DNA of 64,000 nucleotides, taken from positions 29,504,001-29,568,000 of the forward strand of contig CP086569.2 of NCBI GenBank assembly GCA_009914755.4, written 5' to 3'. Source of the DNA: the human T2T-CHM13v2.0 reference genome, Homo sapiens. Below are positions 26,527-40,725 of the stretch, one piece after another (the stretch's first letter is position 1; every line of letters begins with the position of its first letter). A program made the position numbers and the translations under genes. The notes below the pieces were generated by a model. It saw only the letters and a list, made by a program, of their open reading frames with translations. It was not told the origin of the DNA and did no database searches.

Positions 26527-29500
26527 ATGGAATCGAATGGAAAGGACTCGAATGGAAATCACTCGAATAGAATGCAATTTAATAAAATAGGATCAAATGT
26601 AATGGAATGGAAAGGAAAGGAATCGAAACGAAAGGAATGGAGACAGATGGAATGGAATGGAACAGAGAGCAATGGTATAGAATGGAATGGAATCATCTGG
26701 AATGGAATTGAATGGAATGGAATAATATGAAATGGAATGGAATGGAATGGAATGCAATTGAATTAAATGGACTGGAATGGAATGGACTCGAACAGAGTGG
26801 AATGGAAAGTGTTGAGATAGAATGGAATGGACTCCTTTGGAATGGTCTAGTATGCAATGCAATCGACTGGCAGGGAATCAAAAGGAATGTAATGGAATGG
26901 ATTGGACTGGAATGCAATGGACTCGAATAGATTGGAAACGGAATGCAAAGGAATGGAATTGAATAGTATGGAATGGAATGGAAAGGAATGGAGTGGAATA
27001 GACTAGAGTGGAATGGAATGGACTCGAAAGCAATGGACTGGAATGGAACTTTCTTGAATGGACTGGAATCAAACGGAATGGAATGCAATGCAATCAAATG
27101 GCATGGAATAAAATAGAATGAAAGAGAATCAAATGGAATTGTATCGAATGGAATCGAATGGATTGGAAAGGAATAGAATGGAATGGAATGGAATTGACTC
27201 AAATGGAATGGACTAGAATGGAATGGATTCGAATGGAAGGCAAAGGAATGGAATCTATTGGAATGGACTGTAATGGAATGGAATGGAAGGGATTGGAATG
27301 GACTCGAATGGAATGGACTGCAATAGAAAGGATTCGAATGGAATGAAAAAGAATTGAATGGAATAGAACAGAATGGAATCAAATCGAATGAAATGGAATG
27401 GAATAGAAAGGAATGGAATGAAATGGAATGGAAAGGATTCGAATGGAATGCAATCGAATGGAATGCAATCGAATGGAATGGAATCGAACAGAATGGAATA
27501 AAATGGAAGAAAACTGGCAAGAAATGGAATCGAAATGAATGGAGTGTTATGGAACGGACTCAAAAGCAATTGAATGTAATAGAATGGAGTGGAGTGGACT
27601 CGAATATAATGGACTGGAATGGAATGAAATCACATGGAATGGGAACGAATGGAATGGAATGGAAAGGAATGGAATCGAATGGAAAGGAATCGAATGGAAG
27701 GGAATGAAATTGAATCAACAGGAATGGAAGGGAATAGAATAGACGGTAATGGAATGGACTCGAATAGAATGGACACGAATGCTCAAATTGAATGGACTCG
27801 AATGGAATGGAAACGAAAGGAATGTCATCGAATGGAATTGAATCGATTGGAATGAAATCGCATAGAATGGAGTGGAATCAAATGGAATTGAATCGAAAGG
27901 AAAGGAAGCGAATGGACTGAAATGAAATGGAATGGAATTGAATGGAAAGTAATGCAATGGAATAGAATGGAACGAAATTTCACGGAATGGAATCAAACTG
28001 AATGGAATCAAATCAATGGAATCAAATCAAATGGAATGGAAAGGAATTGAATGGAGTAGATTGGATTGGATGGGATTGGAATGAAATGTACTGGAAAGGA
28101 CTCGAATTTCATGAAACGGAATGGAATGAATTGGAACGGAATGGACTCGAATGGAATGGAATGTCATGGAATGGCATCAAATGGAATGGCATCAAATGGA
28201 ATGGAATCGAATGCAATGGAGTGCTATGGAATGGAATGGAATGGAATGCATTGGAATGGAATGTCCTCTAATGGAATGGATTCGAGTGGAATGGAATCGA
28301 ATATAATGGAGTCGAATGAAATGGAATTGAAAGGAATGGGATCGAATACAATGGAATATACTGGAATGTAATGTAATGAACTCGAATGTAATTGACTGGA
28401 ATGGAATGTACATGAATGGAATGTAATCGAATGGAAAGTAATCCAATGGAATAGAATCTAATGCAATAAAATCGACTCAGATAGAGTAGAATGTAATGGA
28501 ATGGAGTGCAGTGCAATGGAATGGAATGGAATGGAATGCAATGGAATGGAATGGAATGGAATGGAATGGAATAGAATGGGATGGTATGGAATGGATAGTA
28601 ATGGACTGGAGTGAAATGGACTGGAAAGGAATGGACTCAAATTGAAAGGGCTCGAAAGGAATGGAGTCAAATGGAATGGTCTGGAATGGAATGAACACGA
28701 ATGTAATGCAATCCAATAGAATGGAATCGAATGGCATGGAATATAAAGAACTGGAATCGAAGAGAATGGAAACAAATGGAATGGAATTGAATGGAATGGA
28801 ATTGAATTGAATGGGAACGAATGGAGTGAAATTGTATGCAGTAGAAGAGAATAGAATGGAATGCAAGAGAAAGGAAAGGAATGGATTGGAATGGAATGGA
28901 ATTCATTGGAATGGAAGGGAATGTAGTGTAATGGACAGGCCTGGAATAAAGTGGAATGCTATGGTCTCGAAAGGAATAAAAATGTATGGAATGGAATGCA
29001 ATGAAACGGAATCGAATGTCATAGAATGTAATGGAATGCAAAAAAATGGAATCCAAAATCATTGACCGGAAAGGCTGGGTGTCGAAAGGAATTGATTCCA
29101 ATGGAATGGAATCGAATGGAATGGAAGTGAATAGAATCGAACTAAATCGAATGAAATGGAATTGATAGGAACGGAATGGAAAGGAATGCAATGATTTGGC
29201 ATGGAATGGAATCGAATGGCATCGAATGGATTGGAATGAAATGCAATGGAATGGAATGTATTAGAATGTAATGAACTTTAATGGAATGTACTCCAATGGA
29301 TTCGACTGGAATGGAATGTTCTGGAAGTGAATGGACTCCAATGTAATGGATTCGAAAGGAATGGAATCGTACGGAATGGAATCTAATGGAATGGAATTAA
29401 ATGGAAATGAATCAAATTGAATAGCACGGAATTGAATTGAATGGAATCGAATGCAATGGAATCTAATGAAACGGAAAGGAAAGGAATGGAATGGAATGGA

Positions 29501-30095
29501 ATGGGCTGGAATGGAATGGAATCGAAACGAATGGAATGGAATCGAACTGAAGAGACTGGAATGGAATGCACTGGAATGGAAGGGAGTGTAATGGAAGGTT
29601 CTCGACAAAAATGGAATCGAATGGAATGGAATTGAATGGAACGGAATAGAGTCGAATGGAATTGAATGGAATGGAATGGACTAGAGTGAAATGGAATCGA
29701 ACCACAAGGAATGGACAGGAATAGAATGGTCTCGAATTGAATGGAATCGTATGGAATGGCATCAAACGGAATGGAATGGACAGCCACGGAATGGAATGCA
29801 CTCGAATGCAATGGAGTCGAAACTAGTGGACTGGAATAGAATGGACTTGACTGGTACGGACTCCAATGGAATGGAATCGAATGGAAGGGAATCGAACGGA
29901 ATGGACTCGAAGGGAAAAGACTGCAATGGAAAGGTCTCGACTGGAATGGAAATTAATGGAATGGAATGGAATCGAATGAAATGGAGTCAAAAGGAATGGA
30001 ATCGAATGGCAAGAAATCGAATGTAATGGAATCGCAAGGAATTGATGTGAACGGAACAGAATGGAATGGATTCCAAAGGAATGGAATAGAATGGA
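26527..30095. repeat. HOR unit U9, long form (3569 bp)
   Basis: Landmark spacing. Shares the WKGKESK and LIQLHSIPF variant set with U5 and U8. Confidence 0.8.
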
Positions 30096-33000
30096 ATGGA
30101 ATCGAATGGAAAGGACTCGAATGGAAATCACTCGAATAGAATGCAATTTAATAAAATAGGATCAAATGTAATGGAATGGATTGGAAAGGAATCGAAACGA
30201 AAGGAATGGAGACAGATGGAATGGAATGGAACAGAGAGCAATGGTACAGAATGGAATGGAATCATCTGGAATGGAATTGAATGGAATAGAATAATATGAA
30301 ATGGAATGGAATGGAATGGAATGCCCTTGAATTAAATGGACTGGAATGGAATGGACTCGAACAGAGTGGAATGGAAAGCGATGAGATAGAATGGAATGGA
30401 CTCCTTTGGAATGGTCTAGTATGCAATGCAATCGACTGGCAGGGAATCAAAAGGAATGTAATCGAATGGATTGGACTGGAATGCAATGGACTCGAATAGA
30501 TTGGAAACGGAAAGCAAAGGAATGGAATGGAATAGTATGGAATGGAATGGAAAGGAATGGAGTGGAATAGACTAGAGTGGAATGGAATGGACTCGAAAGC
30601 AATGGACTGGATTGGAACTTTCTTGAATGGACTGGAATCAAAGGGAATGGAATGCAATGCAATCAAATGGCATGGAATAAAATAGAATGAAAGAGAATCA
30701 AATGGAATTGAATCGAATGGAATCGAATGGATTGGAAAGGAATAGAATGGAATGGAATGGAATTGACTCAAATGGAATGGACTAGAATGGAATGGATTCG
30801 AATGGAAGGCAAAGGAATGGAATCTATTGGAATGGACTGTAATGGAATGGAATGGAAGGGATTGGAATGGACTCGAATGGAATGGACTGCAATAGAAAGG
30901 ATTCGAATGGAATGAAAAAGAATTGAATGGAATAGAACAGAATGGAATCAAATCGAATGAAATGGAATGGAATAGAAAGGAATGGAATGAAATGGAATGG
31001 AAAGGATTCGAATGGAATGCAATCGAATGGAATGGAATCGAACGGAATGGAATAAAATGGAAGAAAACTGGCAAGAAATGGAATCGAAATGAATGGAGTG
31101 TTATGGAACGGACTCAAAAGGAATTGAATATAATAGAAAGGAGTGGAGTGGACTCGAATATAATGGACTGGAATGGAATGAAATCACATGGAATGGGAAC
31201 GAATGGAATGGAATGGAAAGGAATGGAATCGAATGGAAAGGAATCGAATGGAAGGGAATGAAATTGAATCAACAGGAATGGAAGGGAATAGAATAGAAGG
31301 TAATGGAATGGACTCGAAAAGAATGGACACGAATGCTCAAATTGAATGGACTCGAATGGAATGGAAACGAAAGGAATGTCATCGAATGGAATTGAATCGA
31401 TTGCAATGAAATCGCATAGAATGGAGTGGAATCAAATGGAATTGAATCGAAAGGAAACGAAGCGAATGGACTGAAATGAAATGGAATGGAATTGAATGGA
31501 AAGTAATGCAATGGAATAGAATGGAACGAAATTTCACGGAATGGAATCAAACTGAATGGAATCAAATCAATGGAATATAATCAAATGGAATGGAAAGGAA
31601 TTGAATGGAGTAGATTGGATTGGATGGAATTGGAATGAAATGTACTGGAAAGGACTCGAATTTCATGAAACGGAATGGAATGAATTGGAACGGAATGGAC
31701 TCGAATGGAATGGAATGTCATGGAATGGCATCAACTGGAATGGCATCAAATGGAATGGAATCGAATGCAATGGAATGTTATGGAATGGAATGGAATGCAT
31801 TGGAATGGAATGTCCTCTAATGGAATGGATTCGAGTGGAATGGAATCGAATATAATGGAGACGAATGAAATGGAATTGAAAGGAATGGGATCGAATACAA
31901 TGGAATATACTGGAATGTAATGTAATGAACTCGAATGTAATTGACTGGAATGGAATGTACATGAATGGAATGTAATCGAATGGAAAGTAATCCAATGGAA
32001 TAGAATCTAATGCAATAAAATCGACTCAGATAGAGTAGAATGTAATGGAATGGAGTGCAGTGCAATGGAATGGAATGGAATGGAATGCAATGCAATGGAA
32101 TGGAATGGAATGGAATGCAATGGGATGGAATGGTATGGAATGGATAGTAATGGACTGGAGTGAAATGCACTGGAAAGGAATGGACTCAAATTGAAAGGGC
32201 TCGAAAGGAATGGAGTCAAATGGAATGGTCTGGAATGGAATGAACACGAATGTAATGCAATCCAATAGAATGGAATCGAATGGCATGGAATATAAAGAAC
32301 TGGAATCGAAGAGAATGGAAACAAATGGAATGGAATTGAATGGAATGGAATTGAATTGAATGGGAACGAATGGAGTGAAATTGTATGCAGTAGAAGAGAA
32401 TAGAATGGAATGCAAGAGAAAGGAAAGGAATGGATTGGAATGGAATGGAATTCATTGGAATGGAAGGGAATGTAGTCTAATGGACAGGCCTGGAATAAAG
32501 TGGAATGCTACGGTCTCGAATGGAATAAAAATGTATGGAATGGAATGCAATGAAACGGAATCGAATGTCATAGAATGTAATGGAATGCAAAAAAATGGAA
32601 TCCAAAATCATTGACAGGAAAGGCTGGGTGTCGAAAGGAATTGACTCCAATGGAATGGAATCGAATGGAATGGAAGTGAATAGAATCGAACTAAATCGAA
32701 TGGAATGGAATTGATAGGAACGGAATGGAAAGGAATGCAATGATTTGGCATGGAATGGAATCGAATGGCATCGAATGGATTGGAATGGAATGCAATGGAA
32801 TGGAATGTATTAGAATGTAATCAACTTTAATGGAATGTACTCGAATGGATTCGACTGGAATGGAATGTTCTGGAAGTGAATGGACTCCAATGGAATGGAT
32901 TCGAAAGGAATGGAATCGTACGGAATGGAATCTAATGGAATGGAATTAAATGGAAATGAATCAAATTGAATAGCACGGAATTGAATTGAATGGAATCGAA

Positions 33001-33644
33001 TGCAATGGAATCTAATGAAACGGAAAGGAAAGGAATGGAATGGAATGGAATGGGCTGGAATGGAAAGGAATCGAAACGAATGGAATGGAATCGAACTGAA
33101 GAGACTGGAATGGAATGCACTGGAATGGAAGGGAGTGTAATGGAAGGTTCTCGACAAAAATGGAATCGAATGGAATGGAATTGAATGGAACGGAATAGAG
33201 TCGAATGGAATTGAATGGAATGGAATGGACTAGAGTGAAATGGAATCGAACCACAAGGAATGGACAGGAATAGAATGGTCTCGAATTGAATGGAATCGTA
33301 TGGAATGGCATCAAACGGATTGGAATGGACAGCCACGGAATGGAATGCACTCGAATGCAATGGAGTCGAATCTAGTGGACTGGAATAGAATGGACTTGAC
33401 TGGTACGGACTCCAATGGAATGGAATCGAATGGAAGGGAATCGAACGGAATGGACTCGAAGGGAAAAGACTGCAATGGAAAGGTCTCGACTGGAATGGAA
33501 ATTAATGGAATGGAATGGAATCGAATGAAATGGAGTCAAAAGGAATGGAATCGAATGGCAAGAAATCGAATGTAATGGAATCGCAAGGAATTGATGTGAA
33601 CGGAACAGAATGGAATGGATTCCAAAGGAATGGAATAGAATGGA
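30096..33644. repeat. HOR unit U10, long form (3549 bp)
   Basis: Landmark spacing. Near-identical to U11. Confidence 0.8.
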
Positions 33645-36600
33645 ATGGAATCGAATGGAAAGGACTCGAATGGAAATCACTCGAATAGAATGCAATTTAA
33701 TAAAATAGGATCAAATGTAATGGAATGGATTGGAAAGGAATCGAAACGAAAGGAATGGAGACAGATGGAATGGAATGGAACAGAGAGCAATGGTACAGAA
33801 TGGAATGGAATCATCTGGAATGGAATTGAATGGAATAGAATAATATGAAATGGAATGGAATGGAATGGAATGCCCTTGAATTAAATGGACTGGAATGGAA
33901 TGGACTCGAACAGAGTGGAATGGAAAGCGATGAGATAGAATGGAATGGACTCCTTTGGAATGGTCTAGTATGCAATGCAATCGACTGGCAGGGAATCAAA
34001 AGGAATGTAATCGAATGGATTGGACTGGAATGCAATGGACTCGAATAGATTGGAAACGGAAAGCAAAGGAATGGAATGGAATAGTATGGAATGGAATGGA
34101 AAGGAATGGAGTGGAATAGACTAGAGTGGAATGGAATGGACTCGAAAGCAATGGACTGGATTGGAACTTTCTTGAATGGACTGGAATCAAAGGGAATGGA
34201 ATGCAATGCAATCAAATGGCATGGAATAAAATAGAATGAAAGAGAATCAAATGGAATTGAATCGAATGGAATCGAATGGATTGGAAAGGAATAGAATGGA
34301 ATGGAATGGAATTGACTCAAATGGAATGGACTAGAATGGAATGGATTCGAATGGAAGGCAAAGGAATGGAATCTATTGGAATGGACTGTAATGGAATGGA
34401 ATGGAAGGGATTGGAATGGACTCGAATGGAATGGACTGCAATAGAAAGGATTCGAATGGAATGAAAAAGAATTGAATGGAATAGAACAGAATGGAATCAA
34501 ATCGAATGAAATGGAATGGAATAGAAAGGAATGGAATGAAATGGAATGGAAAGGATTCGAATGGAATGCAATCGAATGGAATGGAATCGAACGGAATGGA
34601 ATAAAATGGAAGAAAACTGGCAAGAAATGGAATCGAAATGAATGGAGTGTTATGGAACGGACTCAAAAGGAATTGAATATAATAGAAAGGAGTGGAGTGG
34701 ACTCGAATATAATGGACTGGAATGGAATGAAATCACATGGAATGGGAACGAATGGAATGGAATGGAAAGGAATGGAATCGAATGGAAAGGAATCGAATGG
34801 AAGGGAATGAAATTGAATCAACAGGAATGGAAGGGAATAGAATAGAAGGTAATGGAATGGACTCGAAAAGAATGGACACGAATGCTCAAATTGAATGGAC
34901 TCGAATGGAATGGAAACGAAAGGAATGTCATCGAATGGAATTGAATCGATTGCAATGAAATCGCATAGAATGGAGTGGAATCAAATGGAATTGAATCGAA
35001 AGGAAACGAAGTGAATGGACTGAAATGAAATGGAATGGAATTGAATGGAAAGTAATGCAATGGAATAGAATGGAACGAAATTTCACGGAATGGAATCAAA
35101 CTGAATGGAATCAAATCAATGGAATATAATCAAATGGAATGGAAAGGAATTGAATGGAGTAGATTGGATTGGATGGAATTGGAATGAAATGTACTGGAAA
35201 GGACTCGAATTTCATGAAACGGAATGGAATGAATTGGAACGGAATGGACTCGAATGGAATGGAATGTCATGGAATGGCATCAACTGGAATGGCATCAAAT
35301 GGAATGGAATCGAATGCAATGGAATGTTATGGAATGGAATGGAATGCATTGGAATGGAATGTCCTCTAATGGAATGGATTCGAGTGGAATGGAATCGAAT
35401 ATAATGGAGACGAATGAAATGGAATTGAAAGGAATGGGATCGAATACAATGGAATATACTGGAATGTAATGTAATGAACTCGAATGTAATTGACTGGAAT
35501 GGAATGTACATGAATGGAATGTAATCGAATGGAAAGTAATCCAATGGAATAGAATCTAATGCAATAAAATCGACTCAGATAGAGTAGAATGTAATGGAAT
35601 GGAGTGCAGTGCAATGGAATGGAATGGAATGGAATGCAATGCAATGGAATGGAATGGAATGGAATGCAATGGGATGGAATGGTATGGAATGGATAGTAAT
35701 GGACTGGAGTGAAATGCACTGGAAAGGAATGGACTCAAATTGAAAGGGCTCGAAAGGAATGGAGTCAAATGGAATGGTCTGGAATGGAATGAACACGAAT
35801 GTAATGCAATCCAATAGAATGGAATCGAATGGCATGGAATATAAAGAACTGGAATCGAAGAGAATGGAAACAAATGGAATGGAATTGAATGGAATGGAAT
35901 TGAATTGAATGGGAACGAATGGAGTGAAATTGTATGCAGTAGAAGAGAATAGAATGGAATGCAAGAGAAAGGAAAGGAATGGATTGGAATGGAATGGAAT
36001 TCATTGGAATGGAAGGGAATGTAGTGTAATGGACAGGCCTGGAATAAAGTGGAATGCTACGGTCTCGAATGGAATAAAAATGTATGGAATGGAATGCAAT
36101 GAAACGGAATCGAATGTCATAGAATGTAATGGAATGCAAAAAAATGGAATCCAAAATCATTGACAGGAAAGGCTGGGTGTCGAAAGGAATTGACTCCAAT
36201 GGAATGGAAACGAATGGAATGGAAGTGAATAGAATCGAACTAAATCGAATGGAATGGAATTGATAGGAACGGAATGGAAAGGAATGCAATGATTTGGCAT
36301 GGAATGGAATCGAATGGCATCGAATGGATTGGAATGGAATGCAATGGAATGGAATGTATTAGAATGTAATGAACTTTAATGGAATGTACTCGAATGGATT
36401 CGACTGGAATGGAATGTTCTGGAAGTGAATGGACTCCAATGGAATGGATTCGAAAGGAATGGAATCGTACGGAATGGAATCTAATGGAATGGAATTAAAT
36501 GGAAATGAATCAAATTGAATAGCACGGAATTGAATTGAATGGAATCGAATGCAATGGAATCTAATGAAACGGAAAGGAAAGGAATGGAATGGAATGGAAT

Positions 36601-37193
36601 GGGCTGGAATGGAAAGGAATCGAAACGAATGGAATGGAATCGAACTGAAGAGACTGGAATGGAATGCACTGGAATGGAAGGGAGTGTAATGGAAGGTTCT
36701 CGACAAAAATGGAATCGAATGGAATGGAATTGAATGGAACGGAATAGAGTCGAATGGAATTGAATGGAATGGAATGGACTAGAGTGAAATGGAATCGAAC
36801 CACAAGGAATGGACAGGAATAGAATGGTCTCGAATTGAATGGAATCGTATGGAATGGCATCAAACGGATTGGAATGGACAGTCACGGAATGGAATGCACT
36901 CGAATGCAATGGAGTCGAATCTAGTGGACTGGAATAGAATGGACTTGACTGGTACGGACTCCAATGGAATGGAATCGAATGGAAGGGAATCAAACGGAAT
37001 GGACTCGAAGGGAAAAGACTGCAATGGAAAGGTCTCGAATGGAATGGAAATTAATGGAATGGAATGGAATCGAATGAAATGGAGTCAAAAGGAATGGAAT
37101 CGAATGGCAAGAAATCGAATGTAATGGAATTGCAAGGAATTGATGTGAACGGAACGGAATGGAATGGATTCCAAAGGAATGGAATAGAATGGA
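33645..37193. repeat. HOR unit U11, long form (3549 bp); near-identical tandem copy of U10
   Basis: More than a dozen ORF-track translations are identical at +3549, e.g. the 270-aa frames 30262-31074 and 33811-34623, and the 117-aa frames 31817-32170 and 35366-35719. Confidence 0.8.
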
Positions 37194-40100
37194 ATGGAAT
37201 CGAATGGAAAGGACTCGAATGGAAATCACTCGAATAGAATGCAATTTAATAAAATAGGATCAAATGTAATGGAATGGAATGGAAAGGAATCGAAACGAAA
37301 GGAATGGAGACAGATGGAATGGAATGGAACAGAGAGCAATGGTATAGAATGGAATGGAATCATCTGGAATGGATTTGAATGGAATAGAATAATATGAAAT
37401 GGAATGGAATGGAATGGAATACCCTTGTATTAAATGGATTGGAATGGAATGGACTCGAACAGAGTGGAATGGAAAGTGTTGAGATAGAATGGAATGGACT
37501 CTTTGGAATGGTGTAGTATGCAATGCAATCGACTGGCAGGAATCAAAAGGAATGTAATGGAATGGATTGGACTGGAATGCAATGGACTCGAATAGATTGG
37601 AAACGGAATGCAAAGGAATGGAATGGAATAGTATGGAATGGAATGGAAAGGAATGGAGTGGAATAGACTAGAGTGGAATGGAATGGACTCGAAAGCAATG
37701 GACTGTAATGGAACTTTCTTGAATGGACTGGAATCAAACGGAATGGAATGCAATGCAATCAAATGGCATGGAATAAAATAGAATGAAAGAGAATCAAATG
37801 GAATTGAATCGAATGGAATCGAATGGATTGGAAAGGAATAGAATGGAATGGAATGGAATTGACTCAAATGGAATGGACTAGAATGGAATGGATTCGAATG
37901 GAAGGCAAAGGAATGGAATCTATTGGAATGGACTGTAATGGAATGGAATGGAAGGGATTGGAATGGACTCGAATGGAATGGACTGCAATAGAAAGGATTC
38001 GAATGGAATGAAAAAGAATTGAATGGAATAGAACAGAATGGAATCAAATCGAATGAAATGGAATGGAATAGAAAGGAATGGAATGAAATGGAATGGAAAG
38101 GATTCGAATGGAATGCAATCGAATGGAATGGAATCGAACGGAATGGAATAAAATGGAAGAAAACTGGCAAGAAATGGAATCGAAATGAATGGAGTGTTAT
38201 GGAACGGACTCAAAAGGAATTGAATGTAATAGAATGGAGTGGAGTGGACTCGAATATAATGGACTGGAATGGAATGAAATCACATGGAATGGGAACGAAT
38301 GGAATGGAATGGAAAGGAATGGAATCGAATGGAAAGGAATCGAATGGAAGGGAATGAAATTGAATCAACAGGAATGGAAGGGAATAGAATAGACGGTAAT
38401 GGAATGGACTCGAATAGAATGGACACGAATGCTCAAATTGAATGGACTCGAATGGAATGGAAACGAAAGGAATGTCATCGAATGGAATTGAATCGATTGG
38501 AATGAAATCGCATAGAATGGAGTGGAATCAAATGGAATTGAATCGAAAGGAAAGGAAGCGAATGGACTGAAATGAAATGGAATGGAATTGAATGGAAAGT
38601 AATGCAATGGAATAGAATGGAACGAAATTTCACGGAATGGAATCAAACTGAATGGAATCAAATCAAATGGAATGGAAAGGAATTGAATGGAGTAGATTGG
38701 ATTGGATGGGATTGGAATGAAATGTACTGGAAAGGACTCGAATTTCATGAAACGGAATGGAATGAATTGGAACGGAATGGACTCGAATGGAATGGAATGT
38801 CATGGAATGGCATCAAATGGAATGGCATCAAATGGAATGGAATCGAATGCAATGGAATGCTATGGAATGGAATGGAATGCATTGGAATGGAATGTCCTCT
38901 AATGGAATGGATTCGAGTGGAATGGAATCGAATATAATGGAGTCGAATGAAATCGAATTGAAAGGAATGGGATCAAATACAATGGAATATACAGGAATGT
39001 AACGAAATGAACTCGAATGTAATTGACTGGAATGGAATGTACATGAATGGAATGTAATCGAATGGAAAGTAATCCAATGGAATAGAATCTAATGCAATAA
39101 AATCGACTCAAATAGAATAGAATGTAATGGAATGGAGTGCAGTGCAATGGAATGGAATGGAATGGAATTCAATGGAATGGAATGTAATGGAACGGAATGG
39201 AATGGGATGGAATGGTATGGAATGGATAGTAATGGACTGGAGTGAAATGGACTGGAAAGGAATGGACTCAAATTGAAAGGGCTCGAAAGGAATGGAGTCA
39301 AATGGAATGGTCTGGAATGGAATGAACACGAATGTAATGCAATCCAATAGAATGGAATCGAATGGCATGGAATATAAAGAAATGGAATCGAAGAGAATAG
39401 AAACAAATGGAATGGAATTGAATGGAATGGAATTGAATGGAATGGGAACGAATGGAGTGAAATTGTATGCAGTAGAAGAGAATAGAATGGAATGCAAGCG
39501 AAAGGAAAGGAATGGATTGGAATGGAATGGAATTCATTGGAATGGAAGGGAATGTAGTGTAATGGACAGGCCTGGAATAAAGCGGAATGCTACGGTCTCG
39601 AATGGAATAAAAATGTATGGAATGGAATGCAATGAAACGGAATCGAATGTCATAGAATGTAATGGAATGCAAAAAAATGGACTCCAAATCATTGACTGGA
39701 ATGGCTGGGTGTCGAAAGGAATTGACTCCAATGGAATGGAATCGAATGGAATGGAAGTGAATAGAATCGAACTAAATCGAATGGAATGGAATTGATAGGA
39801 ACGGAATGGAAAGGAATGGAATGATTTGGCATGGAATGGAATCGAATGGCTTCCAATGGAATGGAATGGAATGCAATGGAATGGAATGTATTAGAATGTA
39901 ATGAACTTTAATGGAATGTCCTCGAATGGATTCGACTGTAATGGAATGTTCTGGAAGTGAATAGACTCCAATGGAATGGATTCAAAAGGAATGGAATCGT
40001 ACGGAATGGAATCTAATGGAATGGAATTAAATGGAAATGAATCAAATTGAATAGCACGGAATTGAATTGAATGGAATCGAATGCAATGGAATCTAATGAA

Positions 40101-40725
40101 ACGGAAAGGAAAGGAATGGAATGGAATGGAATGGGCTGGAATGGAAAGGAATCGAAACGAATGGAATGGAATCGAACTGAAGAGACTGGAATGGAATGCA
40201 CTGGAATGGAAGGGAGTGTAATGGAAGGTTCTCGACAAAAATGGAATCGAATGGAATGGAATTGAATGGAACGGAATAGAGTCGAATGGAATTGAATGGA
40301 ATGGAATGGACTAGAGTGAAATGGAATCGAACCACAAGGAATGGACAGGAATAGAATGGTCTCGAATTGAATGGAATCGTATGGAATGGCATCAAACGGA
40401 ATGGAATGGACAGCCACGGAATGGAATGCACTCGAATGCAATGGAGTCGAAACTAATGGACTGGAATAGAATGGACTCGACTGGTACGGACTCCAATGGA
40501 ATGGAATCGAATGGAAGGGAATCGAACGGAATGGACTCGAAGGGAAAAGACTGCAATGGAAAGGTCTCGAATGGAATGGAAATTAATGGAATGGAATGGA
40601 ATCGAATGAAATGGAGTCAAAAGGAATGGAATCGAATGGCAAGAAATCGAATGTAATGGAATCGCAAGGAATTGATGTGAACGGAACGGAATGGAATGGA
40701 ATCCAAAGTAATGGAATAGAATGGA
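37194..40725. repeat. HOR unit U12, long form (3532 bp; carries a 14-bp deletion near 38665)
   Basis: aatcaaatcaatggaatataatcaaatggaatgg is reduced to aatcaaatcaaatggaatgg at ~38650-38670. The unit is 17 bp shorter than U10/U11. Confidence 0.75.
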
